The translations under genes were made by a program, and so were the position numbers. Shown here piece after piece: positions 63,633 to 64,000 of a DNA stretch of 64,000 nt; the stretch's first letter is position 1; each line of letters opens with the position of its first letter. The notes beneath the pieces are model-generated. The model was not told where the DNA came from and searched no databases. It worked only from the letters and a program-made list of their open reading frames with translations. The DNA is from Parasitella parasitica NRRL 2501 (lineage: Eukaryota > Fungi > Mucoromycota): the NCBI GenBank assembly GCA_025201805.1, contig MU619303.1, forward strand, positions 107,565 through 171,564, in the 5' to 3' direction.

Positions 63633-64000
63633 TGCTCGCGACATTAGCATGGGAAAAATTGCTTAGTAATTATTACGTGACGAAGGATTAGTAATCTTAA
63701 TGACTAATCCTTATCATGGTGGGACACGGAGTTAGGTGCCGACAGACTATAAATAGGTTTACGGGTAAACCTATACTACAGATGTTTTAGACTTGACGTG
63801 TAGAGTTATTTGTGTTATGTCAAAAGTCTGATAAAATAAATCTGCCAAAGAATTACACCTTTATTCATAATACATCGAGAGATGTATTATATACACATTC
63901 ATTACACTAGGGTTCTACTGTCTAGCTGCATAATGTAAATCATGACTACCCATGATTTACTGTAAGACCCTGGGACTGATCTGAGATCCTGATGTGAGAC
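63633..64000. other. Hairpin-dense structured segment (candidate intron/ncRNA or organellar insertion), runs off window end
   Basis: Four perfect 10-bp inverted repeats (63683-63712, 63753-63774, 63867-63890 with GAGA tetraloop, 63935-63960) plus an imperfect stem at 63785-63836. Confidence 0.6.

Noticed and set aside
1-64000. tRNA, rRNA, CRISPR arrays, and the many antisense ORFs in the track
   Set aside because: No cloverleaf, rRNA or spacer-repeat pattern seen by eye; antisense ORFs shadow real genes

Overview
Eukaryotic, intron-rich, AT-rich fungal DNA, most likely a Mucorales (Mucor/Rhizopus-like) nuclear scaffold. This assignment is inferred from short GT-AG introns, gene content and repeat families. 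About 23 protein-coding genes: ABCC transporter (5'-truncated), P3A H+-ATPase, RPS2, PAQR/IZH, SPG1/TEM1, three loosenin/expansin-like DPBB proteins, an unknown membrane protein, BCK1-like MAPKKK, MOB2, an adjacent CAT2 + CRC1 carnitine-shuttle pair, two RRM proteins, a bHLH factor, kinesin-7, CSL4, a DUF1647-like protein, a ricin-B lectin, a BSD protein, RAD17/RAD24 and glutaredoxin. There are two decayed Tc1/mariner copies and a transposon graveyard from about 56.1 kb to the end (Ty3/gypsy chromovirus remnant, two other decayed repeat ORFs, an LTR-like piece, a highly structured terminal segment). Best leads: (1) a conserved CNGGN-loop hairpin (Smaug/Vts1 recognition element-like) in the 3' UTRs of all three loosenin paralogs and the 5' UTRs of two; (2) the linked CAT2-CRC1 pair with CreA/Mig1-like boxes; (3) a hairpin-dense RNA-like segment at 63.63-64.0 kb; (4) a serine-recombinase-like YARKS ORF in a decayed element; (5) 4-nt and 6-nt kinesin micro-exons and a GC-AG intron. 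Gene models were built by eye and no database searches were run.
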